Positions 52,883 through 64,000 of a stretch of DNA of 64,000 bases are shown piece after piece. Below the pieces are notes generated by a model. The model was given only the letters and a program-made list of their open reading frames with translations. It was not told where the DNA came from and ran no database searches. The translations under genes were made by a program, and so were the position numbers. Numbering within the stretch: position 1 is the stretch's first letter; each line of letters opens with the position of its first letter. The stretch is from Styela clava (lineage: Eukaryota), in NCBI RefSeq assembly GCF_964204865.1, contig NC_135255.1, positions 23,126,001 through 23,190,000 on the forward strand, written 5' to 3'.

Positions 52883-53830
52883 TTAAAATTCTTTAATATT
52901 CATCCCTTGTGGTTCATGTGTCCCGAAGCGATGAATGAGATAATATTCTTTGTTTTTCTGTAATTGTGGTCATGTAGTAGTTTTTCAATGCCAATGACAC
53001 TAAAGTCTTTAAATGAATGTCCCGGTTGGGTGAAATGTGCACCTACAACTAAATCTTTATTTTGCGTTTAATACTTCTGATATGTTCAGTTATTCTATAT
53101 TTTAGATGTTTTCCCGTTTCTCCTATGTATTGCATGCCACACTTTTTGCAGCTTATTAAGTAGATGACATTCTCCGAGTTGCAAGTAGTTTTCTGATTAA
53201 TTTTCATTTCCACGTCCTCGTGTCTGCTTGTTGCAATTTTTCCTTTTCCGGAATGTTGGCAAGTGCTGCATGACTTTCTGCCACATTTGAAAAATCCCGG
53301 ATTCTTTTTGGCTGGTGTTTCTGATTTCAATCTTGCTCTGACTAATCTGTCTCTTAGAGTAGGGCACTTACGATAAGATAGTCTTGGTGGCTTGGGGAAA
53401 ATTTCTTTTAGTCTTTCATTGTTGTCCAGAATATATTGGTAATCTGAAAAGATTTTTCGGATATTTGGTTGTGTTGGGTGATAACTTGTGATGAACGGTA
53501 GCAAGGTTTCTTTTTTGTTTTCAGTTTTTGGTGTGAAAAGAAGTTTTCTGTCAAGTTCTTTTGCATATTGAATCGCGTCGTCAATTAAATGTTCTTTGTA
53601 TTTTCTCGTCGTGAGGTATGTTTTCATGATTTTTGCATATTTATCAAAGAATTCATTGGTTGAACAGGCTATTCTTATTCTAATGAATAAGCTATTCGGA
53701 ATATTTTTCGTGACATGTCTAGGATTACAAGAAGACGGTGAAAGGTACTGATGAGAGTCGGTTTCTTTGTTGAAAATTTCAGTTTCCAATTTGTCGTTAA
53801 TTATATGAACTTTAACATCCAAAAACGTAA
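52883..53830 (-). mobile_element. Penelope-like retroelement fragment (RT thumb + Cys-rich linker + GIY-YIG endonuclease), frameshifted
   Basis: ORF 53049-53822: (FL)DVKV..KETDSHQYLSPSSCNPRH, C-GRKS-C-ST-C, NVIYLISCKKCGMQYIGETG..RITEH. After two frameshifts it continues VGAHF...GTHEPQGMNIKEF* ending at 52883. Confidence 0.88.
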
Positions 53831-54479
53831 TGCGTGCAAAAACGTAAAACGTAATCTGACGTTACCCAAAGAATATTCTCATTCATAAAATGCATGACTA
53901 ATCATACGCGGCCACACATAGTTCATACTTAATTGCGATTCTTGGAAGCGATCATCTCTGGCCCGTGTTAAAGAAAATGCGTGTATGTCGTGTATGATCG
54001 TCTACTACGCAAATAATAAGTTAATTAAGGCGTAGCACTGTTAAATAAACTGTACTGTTAAAAATTACATGCGTTCGATAGTTTTTAGGTTGATTAAACA
54101 ATCTCGACAGCCAAATAATATGGAATGCATACGCTAATGTTTTTATTTACAAAATTATATTCGAAGTTTTCTCCGAGCTTGGAATCATGATAATTAGTCG
54201 TTTTATAAAAAAAAAATTATCTGATGTTATCCAAGGAATATGCACATTCATAAAATGCATGACTAATTATACACGGCCATACAAGATCTATGCCTAATTT
54301 TGATTCTTGTATTGGCCTACTGTGGCCCATGTTGAACAGAATACGTGTATGACTTGTAGGATCGTCTACTACGGAAATAATAAGTTATGGCGTAGTGCTG
54401 TTGGAAATTACGCAAAAACTATATGCATTTGATAGTTTCTAACTTGACTAAGCATTCCCAGTGGACTCGTGTATCTCAA

Positions 54480-54768
54480 ACGATGGGGCGCGCCCCACAA
54501 GAGCGTTGTAGACAAATTTTGAGAAGGCGCGAAGCTGATTAAAACTAAAAGTATTTGTTATATTTTATCTTGACCGCCTTATTTTAGATATTTACATTTC
54601 GTTAATTTGGATATTCACGTTCCATCCACGTATTTTTAACGTGGTTTTTGAATAAAACATACTATCTCATATTTGTAGCATAATATCAGTTAGGTATTTT
54701 TGAGATGGGACGCGAGACTTGACAAATTCTAAAAAAGTGCGCTGTTTAAAACGTTTAGGAACCAATGC
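54480..54768. mobile_element. Degraded hAT-like MITE
   Basis: tctcaaacgatggggcgcgcccc ... gcgctgtttaaaacgtttaggaaccaatg resembles Charlie-type ends; TSD not resolved. Confidence 0.35.
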
Positions 54769-57700
54769 AATGACCATTAAATATAATTGCACCTGTGGTT
54801 TCTGTAACTTTTATGTGAGTTCTATTTTCATTTTTAGTTCTTTATCTTGGATGCAATTAGATCAGATATATTTGGGCGTTTTAGTCTTTACTTTAAGTTA
54901 GATTTCGGATCAGGACCTAGCCAGATATTGTCAATGGGGTCGGTTCTAAAATTTTTATTTGCCAAGTTAGACCGCAACAGAAAGCGAACTTAGCCGGAGA
55001 CCGAAAATTGTGTTTTTTTTCAAAGTCTTGAGGGTCTAAAAATCGTTATTTAAAAGTGTGACTAAAATTTACTATGTATGACGCAGAATAATGCTTCTTT
55101 TTGCATTTCAAAAGAGGGGGTTCCGACGCGTAAAACCTCTACTACTACCAGATAATGGCTCTGCGCCTATAAATTTTCTTATAGAAACTTCACCAAATTT
55201 TTGAAAGCATGTATCGATCTTATGACGCGAAAGAAATTTTGAATATGACGTTCAAGCAACATAACGGAAATGGATCAGCGTCAAAATACGTGGATATAAC
55301 AAATGCTTAACGTGTAAACGTCAACGCAAGTATCAAGTCGATAATATATTCCTACTGGTCGAGTGTCGGAATAGGATGAAGATTGTGAGATTTATTATGA
55401 GGGAGAGGAAAGTCGATACGCGACGTGTCGTCCTGTTACCAGTGTAAAGAAAATGCGTGTATGACAAGTAGGAGCGTATACTGAGGAATTATGTAATATC
55501 AAGTTAAACAGCACAAAGAATTCATATGCGTTCAGCAACAATAAATGGCTCAGCGGTCTTTCTATTTTCAGATATTGGCTCTGCGTCTAAAATTTCCTTT
55601 GATACTTCGCTAGATTGTTCAAAGCGTGTATCAATCTTATGGCGTGAAAGAAAATTTGAATACGACGTTCAAGCGACGTACCGGAAATGAATCAACGTCA
55701 AAATACGTGAATATAACAAATGGCTATAACAACGTTTTGCCAAACGGGGCCCTATTGTTTCCCGGGAAGGATATTTTCACTCATTTAGTGTTATTTGCAA
55801 TGCCTATGTATATGCATACATTATGAACTATTCAAAATGTACAAACGTTGCGTCGAATATTGTGTAACATATTTTAATAGAGTTTGTATCTGTATTGTTA
55901 AAGGAATTAGGAGCTTAAATATAGGCCAAGAGAGGAATGTGACAAAAAAGGTTTGGGAACCGATGGGTTAAGATTAAAAATCGTCCACGCAAGTAGCAAG
56001 TCGATATTTCTGCAATGTTTACTGGTTGAGTGCTGTGAAGCGGGATAGGGTGAAGATTGTCAGATTTACTCAGAGGAGAGGCAAGTCAATAAGACGAGTT
56101 AAACATATGGCGGGGGACGCATCCGGCCCCTGAGTCGTGTTTGCCCGTCCCTACTCTAACACATATTAATTTCTTTATAGGTTCTTAGGAGATTGATTTA
56201 ACAACGATTATTTTATTCGACGTTTTGTTCAGTTTCAGAAGCCAGTGCTCTGTAATGAGCTTGTATAATTTGGAATTTCTACGGGCTGTTTGAGATTGTT
56301 TTTTTGCGTGCGATGACGTCATCCAAATTAAAAATTGCCCATGTTGTTGCGGTTCCGTGTTCGCTGTTATCAGGTGCTCAGGCAAAGTCGTGAAGATTGA
56401 AAGATTTTTTATGATGACATATTGTGTGTATTCGTTCTATTTCGTTTTGGTCGTGTCTGTATATTTTACCATTGCTCACTTGTTTCTATCATTATTGATT
56501 CTTGGTGTAGGGATTTGTTCGGCGTGAAACGCGGTACTCCCGTGGTATGTGTACCAGTTTAGTGTTAGGCCATAATTTTATTCCGATTTTTCCTATTTTA
56601 GTTCTATTACGAGTTCGAGGACTGTCTGTGTTAGTCAAGTGAATGTACCCCTGTCCATAGGTTTCATTTTCTTTACACAACTTGTTGTAAAATGAACGAA
56701 CAAAATAAGTTACTTCCATATTGGTACACATACTTCTGGAGCACCCAAACGCGTGTAAAAACGTGCTATAAAGCAAACACCAGTTGTTCTATTTACTTAC
56801 ATATAACAGTCAACTTTCTGAAAATTGCAACACGCACTATGAGATCAAAAGCAAGTGATCGAGTTTTGGCAATAATTTGGCACGCGTTTATGAAATGGAC
56901 TTTCCCAATGTAGCAAAAATTGTTCCAGACAAAATTAGTCAATAGCTGTGTCAATTTAAGGTCAATACTAGAACAAATATTTTATTACCAGATAATTAAA
57001 GCGAACAACGTAGCAGACGACTGTTACATTTTGTTTCATAAATCGATTATTAAATACCAATTTGGAATTTTAGATGATAATGACACCACAATTGGAAAAA
57101 TTAGTGCTATCATCGAAACTAGTTTAATGTTCGCAGACGTTTAACAAATTGTTTTTTGGTTTTTATTTGTCAGATCGAGTTTATTGAACACTTTTATCTT
57201 TTATAGGGTTAGCGTGGGCTTGCAGATAAACCATCAAAGTTACGTTTTGTAGTTTGAGTTATTAGAACAGATTGAAAGTTCATGGACTTAGCACAAAATA
57301 TGTAAATCTTTTAACTTAGAGCTTTGTATACGTTGCTTTCATTAAACATTTTTCTCGGACACCGAAAAGTGCAAGCAGACGCTAATTTGAATATAGAAAA
57401 TGTGGAATGTTCTTGAGCTCCTCTTTCCACAACTTTTACTTGGAACAACATCTGTTACCGATGTGCGATATCTTGCGATACTTGTAAGTGAAGGAGCAAA
57501 AGTTATGTATTTTGGTTGTTATTTGTCAACGCCAGTTGATAGAACAGTTTGAACGTTTATATGGATATTGCAAGAGATGTAATATGTAATAATTTCAGCT
57601 TTGAGATTTTGGTACAAAAATTGTTTTATGTAATTGACTATCTTGCAGACGCGCCTCCGAAGTAACGTATTTTGTATATAATTTGTCTATTTCAGTTAAC

Positions 57701-60700
57701 ACTTTTAGTAAATTAATCAAAAAATATGCAACATATAACAGTTTTAGCTTGGAGCTTCTTATACATCAATTTAGCGTATTCTGGTTATTGTTTGTTTGCA
57801 ATAAAAAATGACAATTGTAATATATGACAAGTTTAGCTTTTGGTGGGACGTTTTTTAATGTCTTCCACCCAGAAGAAAGTGATTTCCCCGATTTGCGAAG
57901 AGCTACTCTACTCACAAAATTTGTTCTGGTTTTTATTTGTACTGTACAAGAACTCTACTGGTTATGTAATGAGCTACCTTATAGAAGCGCTATTATCGAA
58001 ATGCTTAATAGTTTTTTTTTCTATTCGTCTTCTAGTTAACAGTGGAAGCGTAAGATATGCAATGTACAATAATATTTATAGCTGTTAGTTTTTATCTTTT
58101 TTTCTATATGACAATTTTCCAGGATTTTCACTCAAAACAAGGCCCTATACGGGCTTCCACTAATATGCAAACGAATACCATGTAGACGCGCCATAAATGA
58201 AATACCTTTTTGGTATATTTAATGATTTCAACTTAGAATTCCAACTTAAAAACTTTCACTAGTTCTCGTTGCTAGAATTTTGTGATAACTTTGTGGGATT
58301 TTCTATGTATGGAACTTTATTCAAATGGTTTAGAGTGAGCATATGAAGTGGAATTCATGGTGAGTTAGGATTCACATATTTATCCCGGGGGAGAGGAAAA
58401 CCGATAACACGGCTTAACCATATGGAGAACCACGGCCTCTCGTCCGGTTACCAGTCCATGTCGGGTATGGGATTAGTTTTAGGTATTTGTTTTTCGGAAG
58501 CATGGAGTTGCGGCTCAATGTTGTTGTCGCTAGAATGCTATTGATTTTATTAATTTCAGAAACTTTCTGTGTGTTCTATGTCTCCACATTTTCTGTTATC
58601 TGGTGTCGTTCAGGCAAAGTCGTGAAGATTGAAAGTTTGTCCATACATCTACTGTGACAGATTACATATCCGTTGTATTTCGTTTTGGATTTTGTTGCTC
58701 ACCTGTTTTCATAGTTTATATCATTATTGGTCTCTGGTGTAGAGCTTTGTTCGGCGTCGAACGCGGGTACTCCCGTAGTATGTGTACCAGGTTGGGATTA
58801 GGCCATAATTTTATTCTGATTTTTGTATTTTATTTCTATCAAGAGTTCGGGGACTGTCTGTGTTAGCCAAGTGAATACACCCCCTACCCATAGGCTTCCT
58901 TTAAACAACTTGATGTAAAGTAGGCGAACAAAATTAGTTAACTCCATTTTGGTACACATACTTCTGAAGCGCCCAAACACGTGTGAAAATCGTTCTATAG
59001 AGCAAAAAAAACAGTTGTTCCCTTTACTTGCATATAACAGTCAACTTTCTGAAAATTGCAACTCGCACAATGAGATCAAAAGCATGTGACAACTTGGCAC
59101 GAGTTTATGAAATTAGGCCTTCCACCATGAAGCTATTGTTTCAGACACAATTAATCAATAGCTGTGTAGGACCAGTAAATTTAAGGTCACTACTAGAAAA
59201 ATATATTTTAGTATTAGATGATTAAAGCGAACAACACAGCAGACGACTATCACATTTTGTTTCATACATCGATTATTAAATAATAGTTGAAAATTTTAGA
59301 AGATAATGACAAGACAATTAAAAAAGTTATTGCTGTCATCGAAACTAGTTTAACGTTAGCAGAAGTTTAACAAAGTGTATTCTGGTTTTTATTTTTCAGG
59401 TCAAATTAATTTAACAGTTTTATCTTTTATAGGGTTAGCATAGGCTTGCAAATAAACCATCAAATGTATACAATTAGTTTGAGTTATTAGAACAGATTGT
59501 AAGTTCGTGGGCTCAGGTCAAAATATGCAAATTTAATAATTTAACTTAGATCTCTGTATACGTAGTTTTTTTATATCCTTTGTCTGAGAGAACGCACTGT
59601 ACAAGCCACTGATTTGAAAAGTTGCTCTGCTTTGTGTTTCTCGGTTTAGAGTAAGCAAAGCAATAACTTTAGCTTTGCCTTTGAGCTTATTATATATCAA
59701 TTTATTTCTTCCCTTTAAACAAGACATCGTAGAACAACCACTCAAATAATGTATTGTAGTTTTATTTTTTACTCGGAACAAGGCCTAGTACGAGCAGTTA
59801 CTAATATGTGTAAATGCATGCCAGAGAGCAAGAAGGCATTTGTTCTATTTACTTACATATTAACAGTAAACTTTCTGAAAATTACAACACGCACTATGAG
59901 ATCAAAAGCAAGTGATCACGTTCAAGCAACAACTTAGCATGAGTTTATGAAATTAGGACTTTTCGGATTTAGCAAAAATTGTTCCAGACATAATTAATCA
60001 ATTGCTGTTGAGAATTTAAGGTCACAACAAGTCAAAACAAAATAGGATATTGAATGCGTTATAAAAGAGCGCTACGATGCGCCACACCGCCGAGTCAAGA
60101 ATAGGGTACTCCTGTAGTATATGTTAGGCCGTAATTTCATTCTGATTTTCTATATTTTAGTTCTATTACGAGTTCGGGGACTGTCTGTGTTAGCCAAGAG
60201 GATATGCCCCTGCCCACAGATTTCAGTCCCTTTACACAACTTGATGTAAAGTAGGCGAACAAAATTATTATTGATACACATACTTCTGGAGCACCAAATA
60301 ATGTTGGAAAATTATTCAACAGTAAATACCGATACACTTCTGGAGCGCCGAGAATATAAACCATGGTTCACCATATGATTAAGTCTAAATCATTGGCTTT
60401 TACAAGAATAAACCTATCTAAACCTATCACAGTATGGATATTACAACTCCAGAACTCAGCCATTACACAAAAAAGATAGACAGAGAGTTTATTTTGAAAA
60501 CCCCATAATATAGGCCTACACTGATTCAAATGAAGAATTTTGAAAAGCGAACAAATCCTTTGAAAAAGTTTGTGTCAAAATAAAATTATACTTATTGTCG
60601 CGGTATAAGATCTTGCTGCTGTGGTTGTAAATAAGTCAGAAGACTAAAGGATTCCAGATTGGTTATTTATTGTACGGCAACTTCACAATTTGAAACTTGA

Positions 60701-62809
60701 AACAGCAAAAACAGAGCACACAACGAAACGCAACCCACCTCCAGACCAACGGCCGGAGAACGAGAACAAGAGATATATTTTCTCTCGCACGTGTAATTGG
60801 GTGGTCGGAGTCAAGACCCGGTTAAAACTGCCCAAATTAGGTCTGGTATAGTTTAGTATCACAAGTACTTCCAGTATTCCGCACGGTGGAATTTTTTGAA
60901 ATTTTAATATGTGTTTCATGAATCTCTATAAAAGATACGGTCTCAATGATTCGGGTGAGAAAAAATTATTTCTTACATAAATTACGCTTTAACTCAGTTA
61001 AATTGAGAATGCCTTAAATGTCTTCCTTAAATCTGGGGGAATTTCCCTACTTTCCGCACGGTGAAATGTTTTAAAATTGTAGTATATGTTTTACATATGT
61101 CCACCAAAAATACTGTGTTGATGGATTGGATGAGAAAGAATTATTTCTTGCATAAATTAAGCTTCAACTAAATTGACGACTTTGTCGATAAATAAGGGCA
61201 AATTTATATCTATCTATTCATTTTAACGAAAAAAATGTAGGTTTCAATCATTCTCTGTATTATTATGTTTCTTCTTACTTTTGATTCCTAAAAAGGGGAA
61301 TTGCCTCATTAATTCCACCCATTTTGTCGCAATTAACTATTGCGTATTTAAGAATGGTTGCGTTTATGGTTCAATGCATAGTAATTCTATTCATACTTCG
61401 TGGACAAATTTATTTGAGCAAACTTGCATAAAATAATTTTAACGTGGAAATATCTCGGACATCATGAGGTGAAGTTCTTTATTTTCATGGTTCATGGTTC
61501 AATGCATGGGAATTCCATCCATAGGTCGTGGGGCTTTGGTTCACACGCAATGAGGAGCTGAGATATCGAGTTGTTGAATTGTGAACAAATCTCTCGTTAT
61601 TTATTCGTGTCGTATTTTGCCCACGACTCTCTCTCTCTTTTATCTTTTAGAGATTATATCGCATAAAATGTGGCGCAACTTCAATCTCATTCATATTTCG
61701 CTTTGTCAGTGTCTGATGATAAAATAATTTTAGTTCAGTGTAGTTGTAGTGATAGGTGGTTTAGATTGGCAGTTTTTGATGTTATTGGAATTGAGGTTGC
61801 ATTTCTAAATTAACCTAAGTCGGTTAGATTCGATATTTTAAGAAGATCATTTTGAACATTTTGCCATATCAAAATTTAATGATTTATAGTTGCTATATAG
61901 ATTTTAAAAATTAGATTGTTTGGAGCTGAAACCAATATAATTAGCCACGGCTTCTGGTTTCGACCAACGGCCGGCAACCAACTTGCTTAATGGTAAATAA
62001 GTTCATGGACGCCATCTTGTGCCATATTTGGGAAACGCGAAACAATGGAGTCTTATGGGAAATTTTCGTCGTGTTGTTGTACCGAATCGAATAAGTCCGC
62101 TGTTATAAGGGCTAGAATGAAACTGAAGGGTGGATTTTGAACTTTAAGATATATGCTATCTAAATATATAACGCAGATTTTATAGTGATACGCCAATTTG
62201 AGGCTGTAAAATGTCTCCGCAACAATCAATCCTACAATGTCATTTGTTCTTCTAGCGCATGGCTGAGCAATAGGGCATTATGGAGCTTGACAGACGAAAA
62301 ATGTTAACCAGAAAATTGAAACGGCCATTGAAGCAAAGTTGGGTCGGCCGGAAATTTGACGAATAAACACAACTTTTCATCTGTGACATCATAAGGAAAG
62401 CCTTTGTCATATTGTTAATTATAACGATTAGAATGACTAATTTACTTCGGAAGCAACTCGGAACCGGTATACTTGTCTTCAAAGACAATTTAGTATACTA
62501 AAAATGTAATTTGGCCAACATGAAAGGATATAAGCATGTACGGCTAAGATTCTACTTCAAAATACGACCTTGAAAATTTTTCTACCTAAAATATTAGTGA
62601 AAATAATAGGTATGTTTCAATAATTGTGTTGGAACTTTTCATAAGGCGCCGTGTTGAATTGTCGAGAACATTAGGCACAAGATGGCGTCCATTGTCTGAG
62701 CGTTGCCCCGCTCATATTATATATACGCTTTGGTTCCGACCTGCTCCGACTCCAGACCTGGTTTAAACCATCTATTTTTGAAACCTGATTTTTGAAAAGG
62801 CTCTAGACA

Positions 62810-64000
62810 AGCATAGTTAAAAATAGGTCAATCTAAACTGGTGGTTCTCAGCTTTTAAATTCATCAATTTAAATTCATCCTTTTGCTTATTTTAAAACTT
62901 CCTATTGCTCACTATTTAATGATAAAGCGGTACTCAAGAAGTATGTAAACCAATATGGCGGTCACCGGAACGTAGTATGTGTACCAGGTTAGAGTTAGGC
63001 CATAATTTCAGGTACAAATACTACGGGAGTCACTTGGCTAGTCTCCGAACTCGTCATATAACTAAAATAAGAATAATTGGAATAATATTATGGCATATCC
63101 CTAACCTGGTACACATATCCTGGTTCCGATGTCCGCCATGTAGGTTCACATACTTCGGGAGTGTCTATGAAACTACCTATTTGTTCAATCTTTAATGGAC
63201 CCAGCTACTGTTATGGGCAAGCCACACTACCGCTGTTGTAAATTTCAAATAGTCGTGAAAGTGTGCATAAATTAATGTTGCCATACGCCAGATTTTTCCT
63301 GACATGTCCGGGATTTTAGTGAACCACAATGCTAGGCGCGAAATTGATTTTAATTTTGATGGAAAACTCCTCGTTTTCCTAGTTTCATTTCTTTATACGG
63401 AGTTTTCACTTTGTTGAGCAGAAATTGTTCACACAAAATGAGATATGGTATCTACCAATCAAAATAACACTATAAATGCCACTGGAATGATAAACAGAGG
63501 GCCAGAGTGCTAAAAGCCTCTAGACGGGGCCCGCAAGCTATATAAGGTTGGGAACCACTTTTCTACGCAATGCATTAAAAAGGCTAGACTCAGACTAGAA
63601 GCCAACAGTCATTCTTGATCCAAATCTAAAAGGCAGAACAAAGATGCAGCAGACTGTAATTAACCGGATTCCATTTGCGTGTTGTATGTGTTATCTACTG
63701 TGATTGTGTTAAGTAAGTTGTAATTTTAAAGTGTTTTATTCATCTCAGATTAATACGAGTATTATCGGAACGAACCATGATCAAATATATAACCCTGTTT
63801 ATGCTTATTGGAATAATTTCCACGGAGAACGCATCGTCTTTGGATAATTATGGGACAGTACTGACCGAGCAAATGAATCGATATTGCCAAACGTATATGT
63901 GTCAAGATACCGACCATACATTGGCAAGACAACAGAGAGGGCCGCTGGTTGGAAAAGCTGGGCCAAAGGGCCCAACTGGACCACCCGGAATAGCCGGTCC
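62810..64000. repeat. Tandem unit 4 (partial)
   Basis: Same unit start and promoter, with a ~578 bp deletion at ~63322 relative to unit 1. Confidence 0.9.
63777..64000 (+). CDS. Ficolin-like gene copy 4, 5' part of coding exon 1 (runs off the window)
   Basis: ATG at 63777; reads [74 protein letters not shown], open to the window end. Not in the supplied ORF track. Confidence 0.85.
   Translation, partial: MIKYITLFMLIGIISTENASSLDNYGTVLTEQMNRYCQTYMCQDTDHTLARQQRGPLVGKAGPKGPTGPPGIAG

Larger units (their letters stand above)
42838..62809. repeat. Tandem unit 3 (19,972 bp), diverged, with a different middle section
   Basis: Start and end are homologous to units 1/2. It lacks the LINE, and ~50280-55810 carries a 1.07 kb duplication, a Penelope-like fragment and other repeats. 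Confidence 0.9.

Noticed and set aside
53049-53822. Host or homing GIY-YIG nuclease gene
   Set aside because: It is fused to a Penelope-type RT thumb, 5'-truncated and frameshifted.

Overview
AT-rich eukaryotic (animal) genomic DNA, not prokaryotic. The spliced ficolin-like genes and repeat content suggest an invertebrate, possibly an ascidian (inference). The main content is a head-to-tail tandem array of 16-20 kb units starting at ~10048, 26443, 42838 and 62810. Each unit carries a + strand ficolin-like gene (5 coding exons in the complete copies): signal peptide, Cys pair, 14 Gly-X-Y collagen triplets, fibrinogen-related domain. Copies 1 and 2 look identical at an offset of exactly 16,395 bp. 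Copy 3 is a mosaic paralog with an unalignable intron1/intron2 and a ~60% identical exon 2, and its ligand-binding subdomain is diverged mostly by non-synonymous changes. Copy 4 (truncated by the window end) has a chimeric exon 1. Each gene's upstream region is a nested stack of DNA-transposon MITEs that contains the best TATA-like box. Spacers hold a decayed CR1/L2-group LINE with a twin-priming-type 5' inversion, a Penelope-like RT/GIY-YIG fragment, tRNA-derived SINEs, MITEs and local duplications. Bases 1-10047 are a degenerate modular repeat with no credible gene. All alignments were done by eye.
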